A stretch of 64,000 bases of DNA from Anaerolineae bacterium (GCA_016783145.1 JADHXD010000003.1:6437-70436), one strand, 5' to 3'. Shown: positions 10,291-21,112, numbered from the stretch's first letter. The notes: a model not told the origin generated them from the letters alone. Numbers and translations: made by a program.

Positions 10291-11274
10291 CTAGGACGTG
10301 CGGTCGTACACGGGGTCCTGTCCCACCCAACGGCCTGGGGGCACAGCAGGCAGGGCGGCCCGTTGTTCTGGACTGAGAGAGAGGACCAGACCGCCCAGTG
10401 TATCATCGAGCTGCCCCAGGGTGCGCGCGCCCACGATCGGGCACGTCACGCGTGGCTCGGCGAGAACCCAGGCAAGGGCCAACTGAGCGGGCGTGACCTC
10501 GAGAGCTTGTGCGGCACGAACAAAGCGATCGACGATGTCCAGGGCGTTCTCGGTGAAATAGCGCCCCTGGTAGACCTGCACATCGCCCAGGCGCGTGCCG
10601 CCTGGAGGAGCCTGCTCCCGGCTGTACTTGCCGGTGAGCACGCCGCCCGCCAGGGGGTTGTAGACGATGACGCCCAGGCCCTCTTCGGCGCACAGAGGCA
10701 GGACCTCGTTCTCGATGCCCCGGTTGAGGGCGCTGTAGATCGGCTGTACGCTGATGAACCGTGACCAGTGATTCGCTTTCGCGATGTGAAGATACTTGCA
10801 CAGGTGCCAGGCCTTTAGGTTCGAGCAGCCAATGTAGCGCACTTTGCCCTGGCGGACCATGTCGTTTAGTGCCTCCATCGTCTCCTCCGGCGGAGCGCCA
10901 AAGTCCCAGCGATGGATCTGGTAGAGATCAATGACGTCCGTCTGCAACCGCCGCAGGCTGTCCTCCACGCCACGCTGGATGTGGATCCGCGACAACCCAC
11001 CGTCGTTCGAGGTCGGGCCCATCATCGTATATACCTTGGTCGCCAGCACGATCCGGTCGCGGACGCCGCGCTCTTTGATCCAACGCCCGACGATCTCCTC
11101 GGACAGGCCAGCAGAATACTGGTCTGCCGTGTCCAAAAAGCTGCCTCCCAGTTCGACGTACCGGTCCATCAACCGGAAGGACATCCGTTCGTCCGCGCCC
11201 GCGCCGAATGTCATCGTGCCGAGGCAGATGCGCGACACTTTGAGTCCCGACTGGCCCAGTCTCACAATCTCCAT
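10291..11274 (-). CDS. Aldo/keto reductase
   Basis: LGQSGLKVSRICLGTMTFG, DTADQY, SLRRLQTDVIDLYQIH, GKVRYIGCSN. Confidence 0.93.
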   Translation of the reverse strand: MEIVRLGQSGLKVSRICLGTMTFGAGADERMSFRLMDRYVELGGSFLDTADQYSAGLSEEIVGRWIKERGVRDRIVLATKVYTMMGPTSNDGGLSRIHIQRGVEDSLRRLQTDVIDLYQIHRWDFGAPPEETMEALNDMVRQGKVRYIGCSNLKAWHLCKYLHIAKANHWSRFISVQPIYSALNRGIENEVLPLCAEEGLGVIVYNPLAGGVLTGKYSREQAPPGGTRLGDVQVYQGRYFTENALDIVDRFVRAAQALEVTPAQLALAWVLAEPRVTCPIVGARTLGQLDDTLGGLVLSLSPEQRAALPAVPPGRWVGQDPVYDRTS

Positions 11275-11393
11275 GACCTGTCCTCCTCTCACGCTCAACA
11301 CCAGTAGCATCCAGTTCTCTGGCGGAACCCCGAACGTCCACAGGAACGCGACGTCTCAACATCCCCGACGCCCGGCGGCAGAGACCCGTCGCG

Positions 11394-11813
11394 CTAGGCC
11401 GCACCCTCCGCAGGCCCCAAGCACATCAGGCCGGCCTCGGTATGGCGGAACCCACATCCCCGGTAGAAAGCCGTCCATCGCGGCTCGCAGTCCACGTGCA
11501 GCCACACAGTGCCTCGTTCTCGGGCCACCTCTGCAGCGTGCCCCACCAGCCGGCGGCCGATCCCCCGGCGTTGCAGATCCGGGTGAACCGTTGTATCCAG
11601 CAGAAACGCGTGGAACCCGCCATCCCACGCGAGATTGACGAACCCGATCAGCCGCTCCGCCTGATAGGCGCACACGAATGCCAGGCTTTGCTTGAGAATG
11701 GGGCGGAAATCACGCCAGGAGTGCGCAGGCCAGGCAGCGGCAAACAGCGCGTTCAACTCCTCGTTGCGCACGGCGGGATCGATGCGATAGACAATATCCA
11801 ACTCCCGATGCAT
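11394..11813 (-). CDS. GNAT family N-acetyltransferase
   Basis: VHPDLQRRGIGRRL acetyl-CoA motif A; FYRGCGF. Confidence 0.85.
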   Translation of the reverse strand: MHRELDIVYRIDPAVRNEELNALFAAAWPAHSWRDFRPILKQSLAFVCAYQAERLIGFVNLAWDGGFHAFLLDTTVHPDLQRRGIGRRLVGHAAEVARERGTVWLHVDCEPRWTAFYRGCGFRHTEAGLMCLGPAEGAA

Positions 11814-11880
11814 GTCCGTCCTCATCCTCAAAACGCAGCACAAAGCTCCTTGCTGCCAAGTCGCCAGGAACCTGTGGCAT

Positions 11881-11889
11881 ATTATACCA
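11881..11889 (-). promoter_or_regulatory. Extended -10 promoter (TGnTATAAT), probably driving GNAT-AKR-aroKB-aroQ
   Basis: Minus strand TGGTATAAT in the aroC-GNAT gap. Confidence 0.5.
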
Positions 11890-11916
11890 CGTTTCCCGTC
11901 GAGAAAAAGACGCGCC

Positions 11917-13041
11917 CTATCCCGTGTGATGCCGCATCATCTCGGCGAGGCTGTCACCACCCAGCTTTTCGATCAACGCATCGGCGAGCACCCAGGCGAC
12001 CATGGCCTCGCCAACCACGGAAGCAGCGGGGACCGCGCAGACATCCGAACGCTGGTATTCTGTGGCCGCTGCCTCGCCGGTTGCCAGGTCCACCGAGCGC
12101 AGAGGCGTGATCGTCGTGGGGATGGGTTTCATAGCCGCTCTCAGCACAATCGGCTGTCCATTGCTCATTCCCCCTTCGATCCCCCCAGCCCGGTTGGAGG
12201 CGCGGAGGATGCGGCCCGCCACTGCCTCAAACTCATCGTGCACCTGCGTCCCCGGACGGCGGGCGTTCTCAAATGCCGGCCCGATCTCCACTCCCTTGAT
12301 CGCGGGGATGCTGATCACCGCCGCCGCCAGGCGAGCATCCAGGCGGCGTTCCCAGTGCACGTAGCTGCCCAGTCCCACGGGCAGACCGACCGCGATGACC
12401 TCAAAGACCCCACCCAGGGAATCCCCCTCCTGACGCGCTGCGTCGATCGCCGCACGCATGCGTCTGGCAGCCTCCTCATCTGGGCAGCGCACATCACTGG
12501 CCTCAGCCAGGTCCACCAGGTCCTGAACCGGCAGATCGGGCACTTGGGCAGTGATCCCACCGATCTCGGTCACACAGCTCCCAATGAGCACATCGAAGCA
12601 GGCGAGCAGCAGCCGGGCCAGCGCGCCAACCGCCACCCGCGCCGCCGTCTCGCGAGCGCTGGCGCGCTCCAGCACCGGACGCGCATCCTCCAGGCCGTAC
12701 TTGACCATCCCCGCATAGTCGGCGTGTCCTGGACGGGGAACCGTCAACGGGGGTAAATCGCCCTTTTCCCATCGTTCCGCCCAGTTGGCCCAGTCGCGAT
12801 TCGCCACGCGCAGAGCCACCGGCGCGCCGGTGGTCTGCCCGCCGATCACCCCTCCCAGGATCTCTACCCGGTCGCGCTCGATGGCCATCCGCCCACCCCG
12901 CCCATACCCTCCCTGCCGGCGGCGCAACTGGCGATCGATCTCCGCGGCATCCACCGGCAGTCCGGCAGGGAGACCCTCCACGATCGCGGTCAGGCATGGG
13001 CCGTGCGACTCACCCGCGGTCACGAAACGCAGCCTGCTCAT
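11917..13041 (-). CDS. aroC: Chorismate synthase
   Basis: TAGESHG, RRQGGYGRGGRM, PRPGHAD, ERASARETA, GGIEGGMSNG, RSDVC. Confidence 0.97.
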   Translation of the reverse strand: MSRLRFVTAGESHGPCLTAIVEGLPAGLPVDAAEIDRQLRRRQGGYGRGGRMAIERDRVEILGGVIGGQTTGAPVALRVANRDWANWAERWEKGDLPPLTVPRPGHADYAGMVKYGLEDARPVLERASARETAARVAVGALARLLLACFDVLIGSCVTEIGGITAQVPDLPVQDLVDLAEASDVRCPDEEAARRMRAAIDAARQEGDSLGGVFEVIAVGLPVGLGSYVHWERRLDARLAAAVISIPAIKGVEIGPAFENARRPGTQVHDEFEAVAGRILRASNRAGGIEGGMSNGQPIVLRAAMKPIPTTITPLRSVDLATGEAAATEYQRSDVCAVPAASVVGEAMVAWVLADALIEKLGGDSLAEMMRHHTG

Positions 13042-13925
13042 CGGCTACCCTCCTGCACCAACACCGCCTTGCACGCGGCACGCATCACGTCCTCCGGAGG
13101 CCACTGCCCGGTCCACATCTGGAATGAGAGCGCGCCCTGGCCGAGCAGCATCCCCAACCCATCGATGGGCCACGCCCCTGCTGCCCGTGCCTGCCGCAGC
13201 AGCTTTGTCTCCAGTGGGCGGTACACCATGTCACAGACGGCGAGATGAGAGGGTAGGCAACGGTCGTCAGGCCAGATCGAGACCCCATCGTGGGGCCACA
13301 TGCCGCGGGTGGTGGCGTTGACCAACAGGTCTGCCTCGTTGGCACACCGTTCCAGCACATCGGCGGTGAGCGCGCCCGATCGCAGCGCCGTGCCTGGCGC
13401 ATGGGTCGATAGATCGTCCACCAACGCCGCTGCCCGTCCTGGCGTGCGATTCAGGACGACCACCTCTGCCGCGCCCGCGCCGCACAGCCCATAGACCGCG
13501 CCCCGCGCCCCGCCGCCCGCGCCGACGACCAGCACGCGCCGGCCCTGCGGGTCGAATCCGCCACCCCGCAAGGCATGAACGAACCCCTGCACATCGGTGT
13601 TTTCGCCGTGGACCGTGCACCGCCCGCCCTCTTCCCTGTGGATGACCAGCGTATTCACCGCCCCGAACCGCCTCACGCGGGACGGGACCTCGTCCAGGGA
13701 AGGGATCACAGCCTCCTTGTGAGGGACGGTGACGTTCGAGCCACGGAATCCCAATGCTTTCAGACCTTCGATCGCTACACTCAGTTGCGAGGGATGCACG
13801 GGCAGGGCAACGTAGCGCCAGTTGAGACCCAAGGCATCAAAGGCAGCGTTGTGCATCACCGGCGACAGGCTGTGCGCGATCGGCCAACCCATCACGCCGA
13901 CCAGTTGCGTCTGTCCATCGAACAT
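13038..13925 (-). CDS. aroE: Shikimate dehydrogenase
   Basis: HSLSPVMHN, NVTVPHK, AVNT, NTD, GAGGGAR, DGLGML. Confidence 0.95.
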   Translation of the reverse strand: MFDGQTQLVGVMGWPIAHSLSPVMHNAAFDALGLNWRYVALPVHPSQLSVAIEGLKALGFRGSNVTVPHKEAVIPSLDEVPSRVRRFGAVNTLVIHREEGGRCTVHGENTDVQGFVHALRGGGFDPQGRRVLVVGAGGGARGAVYGLCGAGAAEVVVLNRTPGRAAALVDDLSTHAPGTALRSGALTADVLERCANEADLLVNATTRGMWPHDGVSIWPDDRCLPSHLAVCDMVYRPLETKLLRQARAAGAWPIDGLGMLLGQGALSFQMWTGQWPPEDVMRAACKAVLVQEGSR

Positions 13926-13934
13926 CTCGTCCCC

Positions 13935-15149
13935 CTACCAGGCAGCGAGACGCACGAACCTGCGCCTGCCTACCTGCACGACCCGCTCCCCCTCGATGCG
14001 CACCTCCTGCTCGACGCTGCTCACCCGCTCGCCATCGAGCCGCACGCCGCCCTGAGCGATCAGCCGCCGGGCCTGGCTCCGGGACCGGACCAGGCCCGCC
14101 TCCTCGAGGAGGTCCACGATGTTGAGCGCCGGCGCGCTGGGCCGGTGGAGGGGGATGTCCTCGGGCAGGTCTCCTCTTTGAAACACCGTTCGAAAGTGGG
14201 CCTGGGCCTCCTCCGCAGCGTCCCTTTCGTGGAAAATGGACACGATCTCGCGCGCCAACCCCATCTTGGCGTCCATCGGGTGCAGCGTGCCTTCCGACAG
14301 GTCCCGTTCTATGGCATCCACCTCTTCCGGACTGAAGCGAGTGACCAGCGTGTAGTAGTTGAGCATCGCGTGGTCGGGAATGCTCATCACCTTGCCATAC
14401 ATCTCTTGGGGAGGCTCGTCGATCCCGATGTAATTCCCGGTCGTCTTGGACATGCGCAGGCTGCCGTCAGTGCCGACCAGGATCGGAAGGGTGAGCACCC
14501 CCTGGGGGCGCTGGCCCCGGGCCTCCTGCAGCTTGCGCCCGACCAGCAGGTTAAAGAGCTGCTCCGTGCCTCCCACCTGCACGTCTGTGGCCATCGCCAG
14601 CGCGTCGTATCCCTGCATCAGAGCATACAGGAATTCGTGCACCCAGATCGGCTCCTCCTTTTCGTAGCGCCTGGCGAACCGGTCGCGAGCCAGGAACTGC
14701 TGCACGGTAAAGTGAGAGGCCAACCCGATCAGATCGGTGAGGGAAAGCTTGCCCAGCCAGTCGGCATTGTAGCGGACGCGGGTCTTGGCCCTGTCGAGGA
14801 TTTTGAAGGCCTGGTCAGCGTAGGTAACGGCCTTCTCGGCGACTTGATCCGCCGTCTGCTGCTTGCGCACGTCATCCCGGTCGCTGGGATCGCCAATCAA
14901 GGCAGTGAAACTCCCGATCAGGAAGGTCACCTCGTGGCCCAATTCCTGGAACTGGCGCAGCTTGTTCATCGTGACCGTGTGGCCCAGGTGGAGATCGGGT
15001 GCCGTCGGATCGTAGCCGCAGTAGACGCGCAGAGGGCGCCCCTCGGACAGCCGCTCGCGCAGTTCAGCGGCCATCACCTCCACGATTTGCGCATCGCCAA
15101 ACTCGATCCCCTGCATCAGGATCGCCATCTGTTCGTCTACGGACACCAT
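13935..15149 (-). CDS. tyrS: Tyrosine--tRNA ligase
   Basis: GYDPTAPDLHLGH (HIGH), MSKT (KMSKS-like), C-terminal S4 domain. Confidence 0.96.
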   Translation of the reverse strand: MVSVDEQMAILMQGIEFGDAQIVEVMAAELRERLSEGRPLRVYCGYDPTAPDLHLGHTVTMNKLRQFQELGHEVTFLIGSFTALIGDPSDRDDVRKQQTADQVAEKAVTYADQAFKILDRAKTRVRYNADWLGKLSLTDLIGLASHFTVQQFLARDRFARRYEKEEPIWVHEFLYALMQGYDALAMATDVQVGGTEQLFNLLVGRKLQEARGQRPQGVLTLPILVGTDGSLRMSKTTGNYIGIDEPPQEMYGKVMSIPDHAMLNYYTLVTRFSPEEVDAIERDLSEGTLHPMDAKMGLAREIVSIFHERDAAEEAQAHFRTVFQRGDLPEDIPLHRPSAPALNIVDLLEEAGLVRSRSQARRLIAQGGVRLDGERVSSVEQEVRIEGERVVQVGRRRFVRLAAW

Positions 15150-15181
15150 GTCCACACCTCTTTCTGACTCTGCTGAGAAGT

Positions 15182-15205
15182 GTCGCCTTTGGAAAGGCGA
15201 CCTAC
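15182..15205 (-). repeat. GTAG-type REP-like palindrome between aroA and tyrS
   Basis: Minus strand GTAG-GTCGCCTTT-cc-AAAGGCGAC. Confidence 0.6.
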
Positions 15206-15227
15206 ATATAGTCCGAGTACGTCCTCG

Positions 15228-16523
15228 CTATGCCATCCCTCTCGAACTCAGGGAGCGCAGCAGCTCCTCAAACCCAGGGAACGAATCCGCGATACAGTCT
15301 GCATCCCGCACGACGACCTCTGCGTCGGCCACCAGGCCGGCAACAGCCAGGGCCATAGCCAGGCGGTGATCGCCGAGGCTGTCCACCGTGGCTGCATGCA
15401 GTGGAGTCGGCCCGGAAACCACAAAGCCGTCTGGCTGCGGCTCGATCTGAGCGCCCATCCTGCGCAGCGCGATGACGATCGCCGCAATGCGATCCGTTTC
15501 CTTGACTCGCAGCTCACCCGCATCCCGCACCACCGTCTTTCCCTGGGCCTGGGTCGCGGCGACCGCCAGCACCGGGAACTCGTCGATCATACGCACCACC
15601 CTATCGCCGCCGATCTCTACTCCCGCCAGCTCCGATGCCCACACCGTCAGGTCAGCCACTGATTCGCCCCCCTGCTGTTGTTCGTTCTCGACGGTGATGG
15701 ACGCTCCCATGGACCTCAACACGTCCAGGAGCCCGGTGCGCGTCGGGTTGATGCCCACGCCCTCGACCGTCACCTGCGAGCCGGCGACCAGCAGCCCGGC
15801 GACCAGCAGGAACGCCGCCGACGAGACGTCGCCGGGAACGCGCAACGAGAGAGGGTGCAGAGATGAGGCCGGGGCGACGGTGACGTCGAGACCCCGCACG
15901 TCGATCGCGGCGCCCATGGCCGCCAGCAAGCGCTCGGTGTGATCTCGGGCCGGACCGCATTGGCGTACGGTGGTGGGGCCGTCTGCGTACAGCCCGGCCA
16001 GCAGGAGCGCGCTCTTGACCTGCGCGCTGGCCACGTCGAGGGAGTGGTCGGTGCCGCGCAGCGCACGCCCGCGGATGACCAGAGGGGCGTGACCGTCGGT
16101 GTCCTCGATCTCTGCGCCCATCTGGCGCAGCGGCTCGGTGATGCGCCGCATCGGACGACGCAGCAACTGGGAGTCTCCGGTCAGCGTGCAGCCAAACGCC
16201 TGTCCCGCCAGGATGCCCGCCAGGAGGCGCATCGTCGTGCCAGAACGCACGCAGTCCAGTGGGGCGGATGGGGCACGCAGGCCGCGCATCCCGCGCCCGT
16301 GGACAGTGAGAGTGGTCGCGTCGTGCATCTCGATCTGCACGCCCAGCGCACGGAGGCAGGCCAGGGTCGCCAGGCAATCGCCGGACGGCAGGAATCCGCT
16401 GACCTGGCTCGTTCCATCTGCCAGGCTGCCCAGCATCAAGGCGCGGTGAGAGATAGACTTGTCGCCTGGCACGCACACACGGCCGTGCAGGCCCCCGGAC
16501 GGTCGAACCGCCCACTCTGTCAT
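15228..16523 (-). CDS. aroA: EPSP synthase (3-phosphoshikimate 1-carboxyvinyltransferase)
   Basis: PGDKSISHR, SGTTMRL, ASAQVKS, RDHTER, LRVKETDR, DHR. Confidence 0.97.
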   Translation of the reverse strand: MTEWAVRPSGGLHGRVCVPGDKSISHRALMLGSLADGTSQVSGFLPSGDCLATLACLRALGVQIEMHDATTLTVHGRGMRGLRAPSAPLDCVRSGTTMRLLAGILAGQAFGCTLTGDSQLLRRPMRRITEPLRQMGAEIEDTDGHAPLVIRGRALRGTDHSLDVASAQVKSALLLAGLYADGPTTVRQCGPARDHTERLLAAMGAAIDVRGLDVTVAPASSLHPLSLRVPGDVSSAAFLLVAGLLVAGSQVTVEGVGINPTRTGLLDVLRSMGASITVENEQQQGGESVADLTVWASELAGVEIGGDRVVRMIDEFPVLAVAATQAQGKTVVRDAGELRVKETDRIAAIVIALRRMGAQIEPQPDGFVVSGPTPLHAATVDSLGDHRLAMALAVAGLVADAEVVVRDADCIADSFPGFEELLRSLSSRGMA

Positions 16524-17422
16524 GGGAACATCTCCTTGCGCATCTCTCGGATCGCGCTCAGCCTCGCCCGCAAGGCCTCCTCGTCCCCGGACTCGAGGAG
16601 GCGGCTCAGGTCACGCATCTGCGCGATGCAGACCTCCATAGCCTTGATCACCTTTTCCTGGTTGGTCAGCAAGATATCGGTCATCATAGTCACATCGCTG
16701 CCGGAGACCCGCGACGTATCCCGGTACCCACCGGCTACGATCTTCCAAACCAGGGGATCCGCAGAGGTCGTGGCATCGGCGGCGCTGACCAGCGCGCATG
16801 CCAGCATGTAGGGCAGGTGGCTGACGGTCGCCACCAGGTAGTCCTGGCGAGAGGCCTCAATCACCAGTGGGTTCGCGCCCACCGCGCGGACCAGGGCAGA
16901 GCCCAGAGTGAAAGCTGCTTCCGAGGTTCTCGGCAGGGGGCTGAGGATGAAGGTCGCCCCGTGATAGATCGCCGGGTCGGCGGCTTCGATCCCCGATAGT
17001 TCCTTGCCACACATCGGATGGCCCCCGAGAGGCTGGACGTGCGGCGGCAGATCGGCCATCGCCGCGACGATCTGCGCCTTGGTGCTGCCCAGGTCCAAGA
17101 GCAGGCAACCATCGGGCAGCAAGGCGCCGATCTCGGCCAACTGGGCCAGGATCACGCGCACCGGCGTCGCCAGGATGACGATGTCGGATCGAGAGACGCC
17201 GCTCGCCAGATCGGTTGTCGCCTCATCTACAAGGCCGCGCGCCAGGGCAATCTCTGCCGTCTCGGCACGCCGCGCCACGCCGACCACGGTCCGGCAGCGT
17301 TCACGCAGTCCGCCGGCCAGGGAGGCGCCCATTAGTCCCAACCCGACGACGGTCACACGAGCGCCAGCCAGACGCTCCCAGGCCGCCGGGCGAAAGTGAG
17401 GTTCCCCGGTCTGCCAGCTCAT
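16520..17422 (-). CDS. tyrA: Prephenate/arogenate dehydrogenase
   Basis: [32 protein letters not shown]. Confidence 0.92.
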   Translation of the reverse strand: MSWQTGEPHFRPAAWERLAGARVTVVGLGLMGASLAGGLRERCRTVVGVARRAETAEIALARGLVDEATTDLASGVSRSDIVILATPVRVILAQLAEIGALLPDGCLLLDLGSTKAQIVAAMADLPPHVQPLGGHPMCGKELSGIEAADPAIYHGATFILSPLPRTSEAAFTLGSALVRAVGANPLVIEASRQDYLVATVSHLPYMLACALVSAADATTSADPLVWKIVAGGYRDTSRVSGSDVTMMTDILLTNQEKVIKAMEVCIAQMRDLSRLLESGDEEALRARLSAIREMRKEMFP

Positions 17423-18432
17423 ATGGACCTGCCCACCGCACCCGCCACGGCGCGCAGTTCGCCCATCAGCCGGGCAAAACGCTCCAGCTTGAGAGACTGC
17501 ACGCCATCGGACAGGGCCTCTTCAGGATTGGGATGGACCTCGATCATCAGGCCGTCTGCCCCGGCAGCCAGCGCCGCCCTGGCGATTGGACCGACGAGGC
17601 TCCACTTTCCGGTACCGTGGCTGGGATCGACGAACACCGGCAGGTGGGTCAACTCCTGGAGCATAGGCACGGCATTGATGTCCAGCGTATTGCGCGTGTA
17701 GGGCTCAAAGGTGCGGATGCCTCGCTCGCAGAGGATCAAGCGGTCGTTGCCGTGAGAGAGGATGTACTCGGCGGACATGAGCAGCTCTTTCATCGTGCAC
17801 ATCATGCCGCGCTTGAGGATCACCGGTTTGTGTGCTTCGCCGACGGCGTGCAGCAGGGCATAGTTCTGCATGTTGCGCGCTCCGACCTGCAGGATGTCTG
17901 CATAGGTCGAGACCAGAGGTACGGTTTCGGGAGAGATCACCTCGGTGACGACCAGCAGGCCCGTCGCCTCCCGGGCCTCAGCGAGGAGCTTGAGTCCTTC
18001 GAACCCCAGTCCCTGAAAGCTGTACGGCGAGGTCCGCGGCTTGAACGCCCCTCCGCGCAGGACCGTCGCTCCCGCTTCTTTGACAGCATAGGCTGTCTCC
18101 AGGAGCTGCTCGCGGTTTTCCACGGCGCACGGCCCGGCGATGATCACCACTCGCTTCCCGCCGGCCTTGATGCCATTGAGGGCAACCAATGTGTCTTGCG
18201 GACGAAAGTCGCGGCTGGCCAACTTGAACGGGCTGACGATGGGCACGATCTGCTCGACCCCCTCGATCCGCCCAAACTGCTCCTCATCCAACGGCCGGCC
18301 TTCTCCCAGCACACCGATGACCGTCCGTTCTTCCCCCTCTGAGAGGTGCACCTGCCGCCCCAACTGCTCAACGCGAGCGATCACGTGTGAGATCTGGCGG
18401 GAGGTTGCCCCTTTCTGCATGACAATGATCAT
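17419..18432 (-). CDS. aroF: DAHP synthase type I-beta with N-terminal regulatory (ACT-like) domain
   Basis: [42 protein letters not shown]. Confidence 0.95.
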   Translation of the reverse strand: MIIVMQKGATSRQISHVIARVEQLGRQVHLSEGEERTVIGVLGEGRPLDEEQFGRIEGVEQIVPIVSPFKLASRDFRPQDTLVALNGIKAGGKRVVIIAGPCAVENREQLLETAYAVKEAGATVLRGGAFKPRTSPYSFQGLGFEGLKLLAEAREATGLLVVTEVISPETVPLVSTYADILQVGARNMQNYALLHAVGEAHKPVILKRGMMCTMKELLMSAEYILSHGNDRLILCERGIRTFEPYTRNTLDINAVPMLQELTHLPVFVDPSHGTGKWSLVGPIARAALAAGADGLMIEVHPNPEEALSDGVQSLKLERFARLMGELRAVAGAVGRSI

Positions 18433-18500
18433 ATTGGTTTCCCCTGTTGACATACGAACGCCCTGTCACGTCCTGGCCAGTGACAGAGGTCCCTTGGCGA

Positions 18501-19502
18501 TCACTCTTCCTCGATCACGGTGTCAAAGAACTTGACGATGTCCATTCGGTCATCGCTGCTGTTGAACATCATCGCCGAGCGCGGATGCTGGTTCAGGAGG
18601 CCCGTGATCATGTAGGGGATGTCAAACCCCCAGTGAAGCTCTGCGCGCAGCGGTTCGATATGCTCTTGGATGCACTGCAGGATCGGCCTCAGGCGGAATT
18701 TGGGATTGTGCAGAAAGCCCAACAGCAGCTCGAGAGGACAGTTGCCCGCCCCACGTCCCAGGCCGCCGATGCTCGCGTCCAGCATGTTGGCTCCCAGGAT
18801 GATCGCCTCGATCGTGTTGGCGTAGGCCAACTGCTGGTTGTTGTGGGCGTGCATGCCCACCACCTTGCCGCGCGGCACAGCGTGTCGCAGGTACTTGCGG
18901 GCCAGGTATTGGGTCTGCTCGCTGTAGAAGGCCCCAAAGCTGTCTACCAGGTAGATGGCCTCCGTCTCCGAGTCCGCCATGATCTCCAGCGCCTCGTCCA
19001 GCTCCCACTCCTGGATGGTAGAGATCGCCATCAGGTTGATGCTCGTCTCGTAGCCCTTGTCGTGAGCGGCCTTGAGCAGGTCCATCGCCGCTGGTATCTG
19101 GTGGATGTATGTGGCCACGCGAATCATGTCGAGCACGCTCTGATCGCGAGGCAAGATATCCACGTGATAGTCGGTGCGCTCAGCGTCCGCCATGACCGAG
19201 AGCTTGAGCGACGTATCATTCTCACCGACGATGCGGCGGATGTCCTCTTCATCGCAGAACTTCCACCGGCCATACTCTGTCGGAGAAAAGATCCGCTTGG
19301 AGGCCTTGTAGCCAAGCTCCATGTAGTCGATGCCCGCATCCACGCAGGCCTGATACACCGCCTTGACGATTTTGTCGTCAAAGTGATGGTCGCTCATCAA
19401 CCCGCCATCCCGAATGGTGCAGTCCAAGACCTTGAGTTCCGAGCGGTAGGAAAGCCAGTGTTTGGCGCGGCTCTCTTTGGCCTCCATCATGTTCATGTTC
19501 AT
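18501..19502 (-). CDS. DRE-TIM metallolyase (HMGL-like / 4-hydroxy-2-oxovalerate aldolase-like)
   Basis: LDCTIRDGG, YLVDSFG, HAHNN metal motif, GLGRGAGN. Confidence 0.88.
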   Translation of the reverse strand: MNMNMMEAKESRAKHWLSYRSELKVLDCTIRDGGLMSDHHFDDKIVKAVYQACVDAGIDYMELGYKASKRIFSPTEYGRWKFCDEEDIRRIVGENDTSLKLSVMADAERTDYHVDILPRDQSVLDMIRVATYIHQIPAAMDLLKAAHDKGYETSINLMAISTIQEWELDEALEIMADSETEAIYLVDSFGAFYSEQTQYLARKYLRHAVPRGKVVGMHAHNNQQLAYANTIEAIILGANMLDASIGGLGRGAGNCPLELLLGFLHNPKFRLRPILQCIQEHIEPLRAELHWGFDIPYMITGLLNQHPRSAMMFNSSDDRMDIVKFFDTVIEEE

Positions 19503-19566
19503 GTCTCTGTCTCCAATCTCTCTGTCTGCGCGCCTTGCCGGCTGCTTTCGCCCCAGGCGCTCATAG

Positions 19567-20403
19567 TCACAATTCCCCGTCAAACGGGGTTGTCGCCGCT
19601 GGATAGGAGCCCAGCAGCTTGACGAACGAGGAGCGGCGCAAGAGTCCCATCACCGCCGCCTCACACGCCGTATCCTGCCAATGCCCGTCAAAGTCGAGGT
19701 AGAACAGATACTGCCACGGACGATTGCGCCGGGGGCGTGATTCGATCTTGGTCAGGTTGATGTTGCGCTTGGCGAACTCGCCCAGGCTGTCGTACAGGGC
19801 ACCCGGATGGTGCCGTGTCGTGAAAATGAGCGAGGTCTTGCTGCGCTGGGCGCGAGGCGGATCGTCGAGCCCCAGGACAAAGAACCGGGTGTAGTTGAAG
19901 GGCAGGTCCTCGATCCCTTCCTCCAGGATTTCCAGGCCGTACAGCTCGGCGGCCAACGCGCTGGCGATGACACCTACCTCAGGTTCGGGGTTTGCGGCCA
20001 AGTCACGGGCACTGCCCGCCGTATCAAACCTGGGCACGGCCTCCAGCCCGCGCCGCGCCAGGTAGTGCTCGCATTGGGCAAGGGCCTGGGGGTGTGACCT
20101 GATCCGCTTCAGATCGCCCAGTTGAGTGCCCGGCAGGGCCATCAGCTTGTGACGCACGCGCAAGATCACCTCGGCTCGTACGCGCAGGTCGTGTTCCATC
20201 AGCAGTTCGTAGGATTGGACCACCGACCCGGCCACCGAATTCTCGATGGGCAGCATGCCATAGTCGGCGGTGCCCTCTTCCACCTCCACGAAAATGTCGC
20301 CAAACGTCCGGCACGGGTGCGTTTCGACCTCTGGCCCAAAGAACTGCAAGGTGGCTTCCTCGGAATAAGCACCGGCAACTCCTTGAAATGAGACACACGG
20401 CAT
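19567..20403 (-). CDS. pheA: Prephenate dehydratase with ACT domain
   Basis: [35 protein letters not shown]. Confidence 0.95.
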   Translation of the reverse strand: MPCVSFQGVAGAYSEEATLQFFGPEVETHPCRTFGDIFVEVEEGTADYGMLPIENSVAGSVVQSYELLMEHDLRVRAEVILRVRHKLMALPGTQLGDLKRIRSHPQALAQCEHYLARRGLEAVPRFDTAGSARDLAANPEPEVGVIASALAAELYGLEILEEGIEDLPFNYTRFFVLGLDDPPRAQRSKTSLIFTTRHHPGALYDSLGEFAKRNINLTKIESRPRRNRPWQYLFYLDFDGHWQDTACEAAVMGLLRRSSFVKLLGSYPAATTPFDGEL

Positions 20404-20443
20404 CGTCAGTTTCTCCTTTCTCGCTCGGGCAGCGGGATACCGA

Positions 20444-20821
20444 TCAGATGGAGCGCGCGACCAGGTCTGGCCGCAGCACACGCGCCTGGTGCAAATAGAC
20501 GTGATGGATCTCGTCAATCGCCCGGTCCGTATTCCAGTGTATGAGCACACGGATGCAGCGCGGCAGGCTTTCGGGCACGACCATCTCTTGAAGGCAAAGC
20601 AAGGCAGTGTACGTCCAACCCATCTGCCGGGCGGCGGCAGCAGGGCAGACGGCATCGAGATCGGGCGTCGTGGTAAAGATCACGCTGGCGACGTCCTCTT
20701 GGCACACGCCGTTCTCGTCGATGATCGTCTGCAGCAATTCCTGTGTCGCAGAGAGAATGGCTTCCACATTGTTCTCCGGTACGGTTGTGGCCCCACGGAT
20801 GCCACGGCAACGGCAACTCAT
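20444..20821 (-). CDS. aroH: Chorismate mutase, AroH class
   Basis: [35 protein letters not shown]. Confidence 0.95.
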   Translation of the reverse strand: MSCRCRGIRGATTVPENNVEAILSATQELLQTIIDENGVCQEDVASVIFTTTPDLDAVCPAAAARQMGWTYTALLCLQEMVVPESLPRCIRVLIHWNTDRAIDEIHHVYLHQARVLRPDLVARSI

Positions 20822-20880
20822 AGATCCATCCTTTTCCTCTCCCTATGGGCGAGGTGCCCCTCGTCTCGGGATTGGGGTAC

Positions 20881-20919
20881 AAAAAAGAGAGCGTGGAGCA
20901 GATTGCTCCACGCTCTCTT
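20881..20919 (-). terminator. Rho-independent attenuator terminator upstream of aroH
   Basis: Minus strand AAGAGAGCGTGGAGCA-atc-TGCTCCACGCTCTCTT followed by a T run, located between promoter and first gene. Confidence 0.9.
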
Positions 20920-20936
20920 GCTGTGTTCAGGTCAGC

Positions 20937-21083
20937 CTAAGCAGTCCCCTTCCACCCGGCGCGAGGCAATCCGCCCAACCGGCCAAAGTAATAAAAGGGG
21001 AACGCAAACACACACGCAGCAGATGCTGGACTGCTGTTGCCCGGGCACACGCTCTGTGACTTGTGAGAGACTGGAACAGACAT
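20937..21083 (-). CDS. Phe/Tyr-rich leader peptide of the aromatic amino-acid operon (48 aa)
   Basis: MSVPVSHKSQSVCPGNSSPASAACVFAFPFYYFGRLGGLPRAGWKGTA*; GGAG upstream of the ATG; FAFPFYYF cluster; stop lies 17 nt before the terminator stem. Confidence 0.8.
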   Translation of the reverse strand: MSVPVSHKSQSVCPGNSSPASAACVFAFPFYYFGRLGGLPRAGWKGTA

Positions 21084-21112
21084 CCTCTTGCTCCGCACGT
21101 GTGGATGCCACT

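Noticed and set aside
20881-21110. T-box riboswitch upstream of the aro/tyrS operon
   Set aside because: No T-box consensus (AGGGTGGNACCGCG) is recognisable before the terminator; a leader peptide explains the region better
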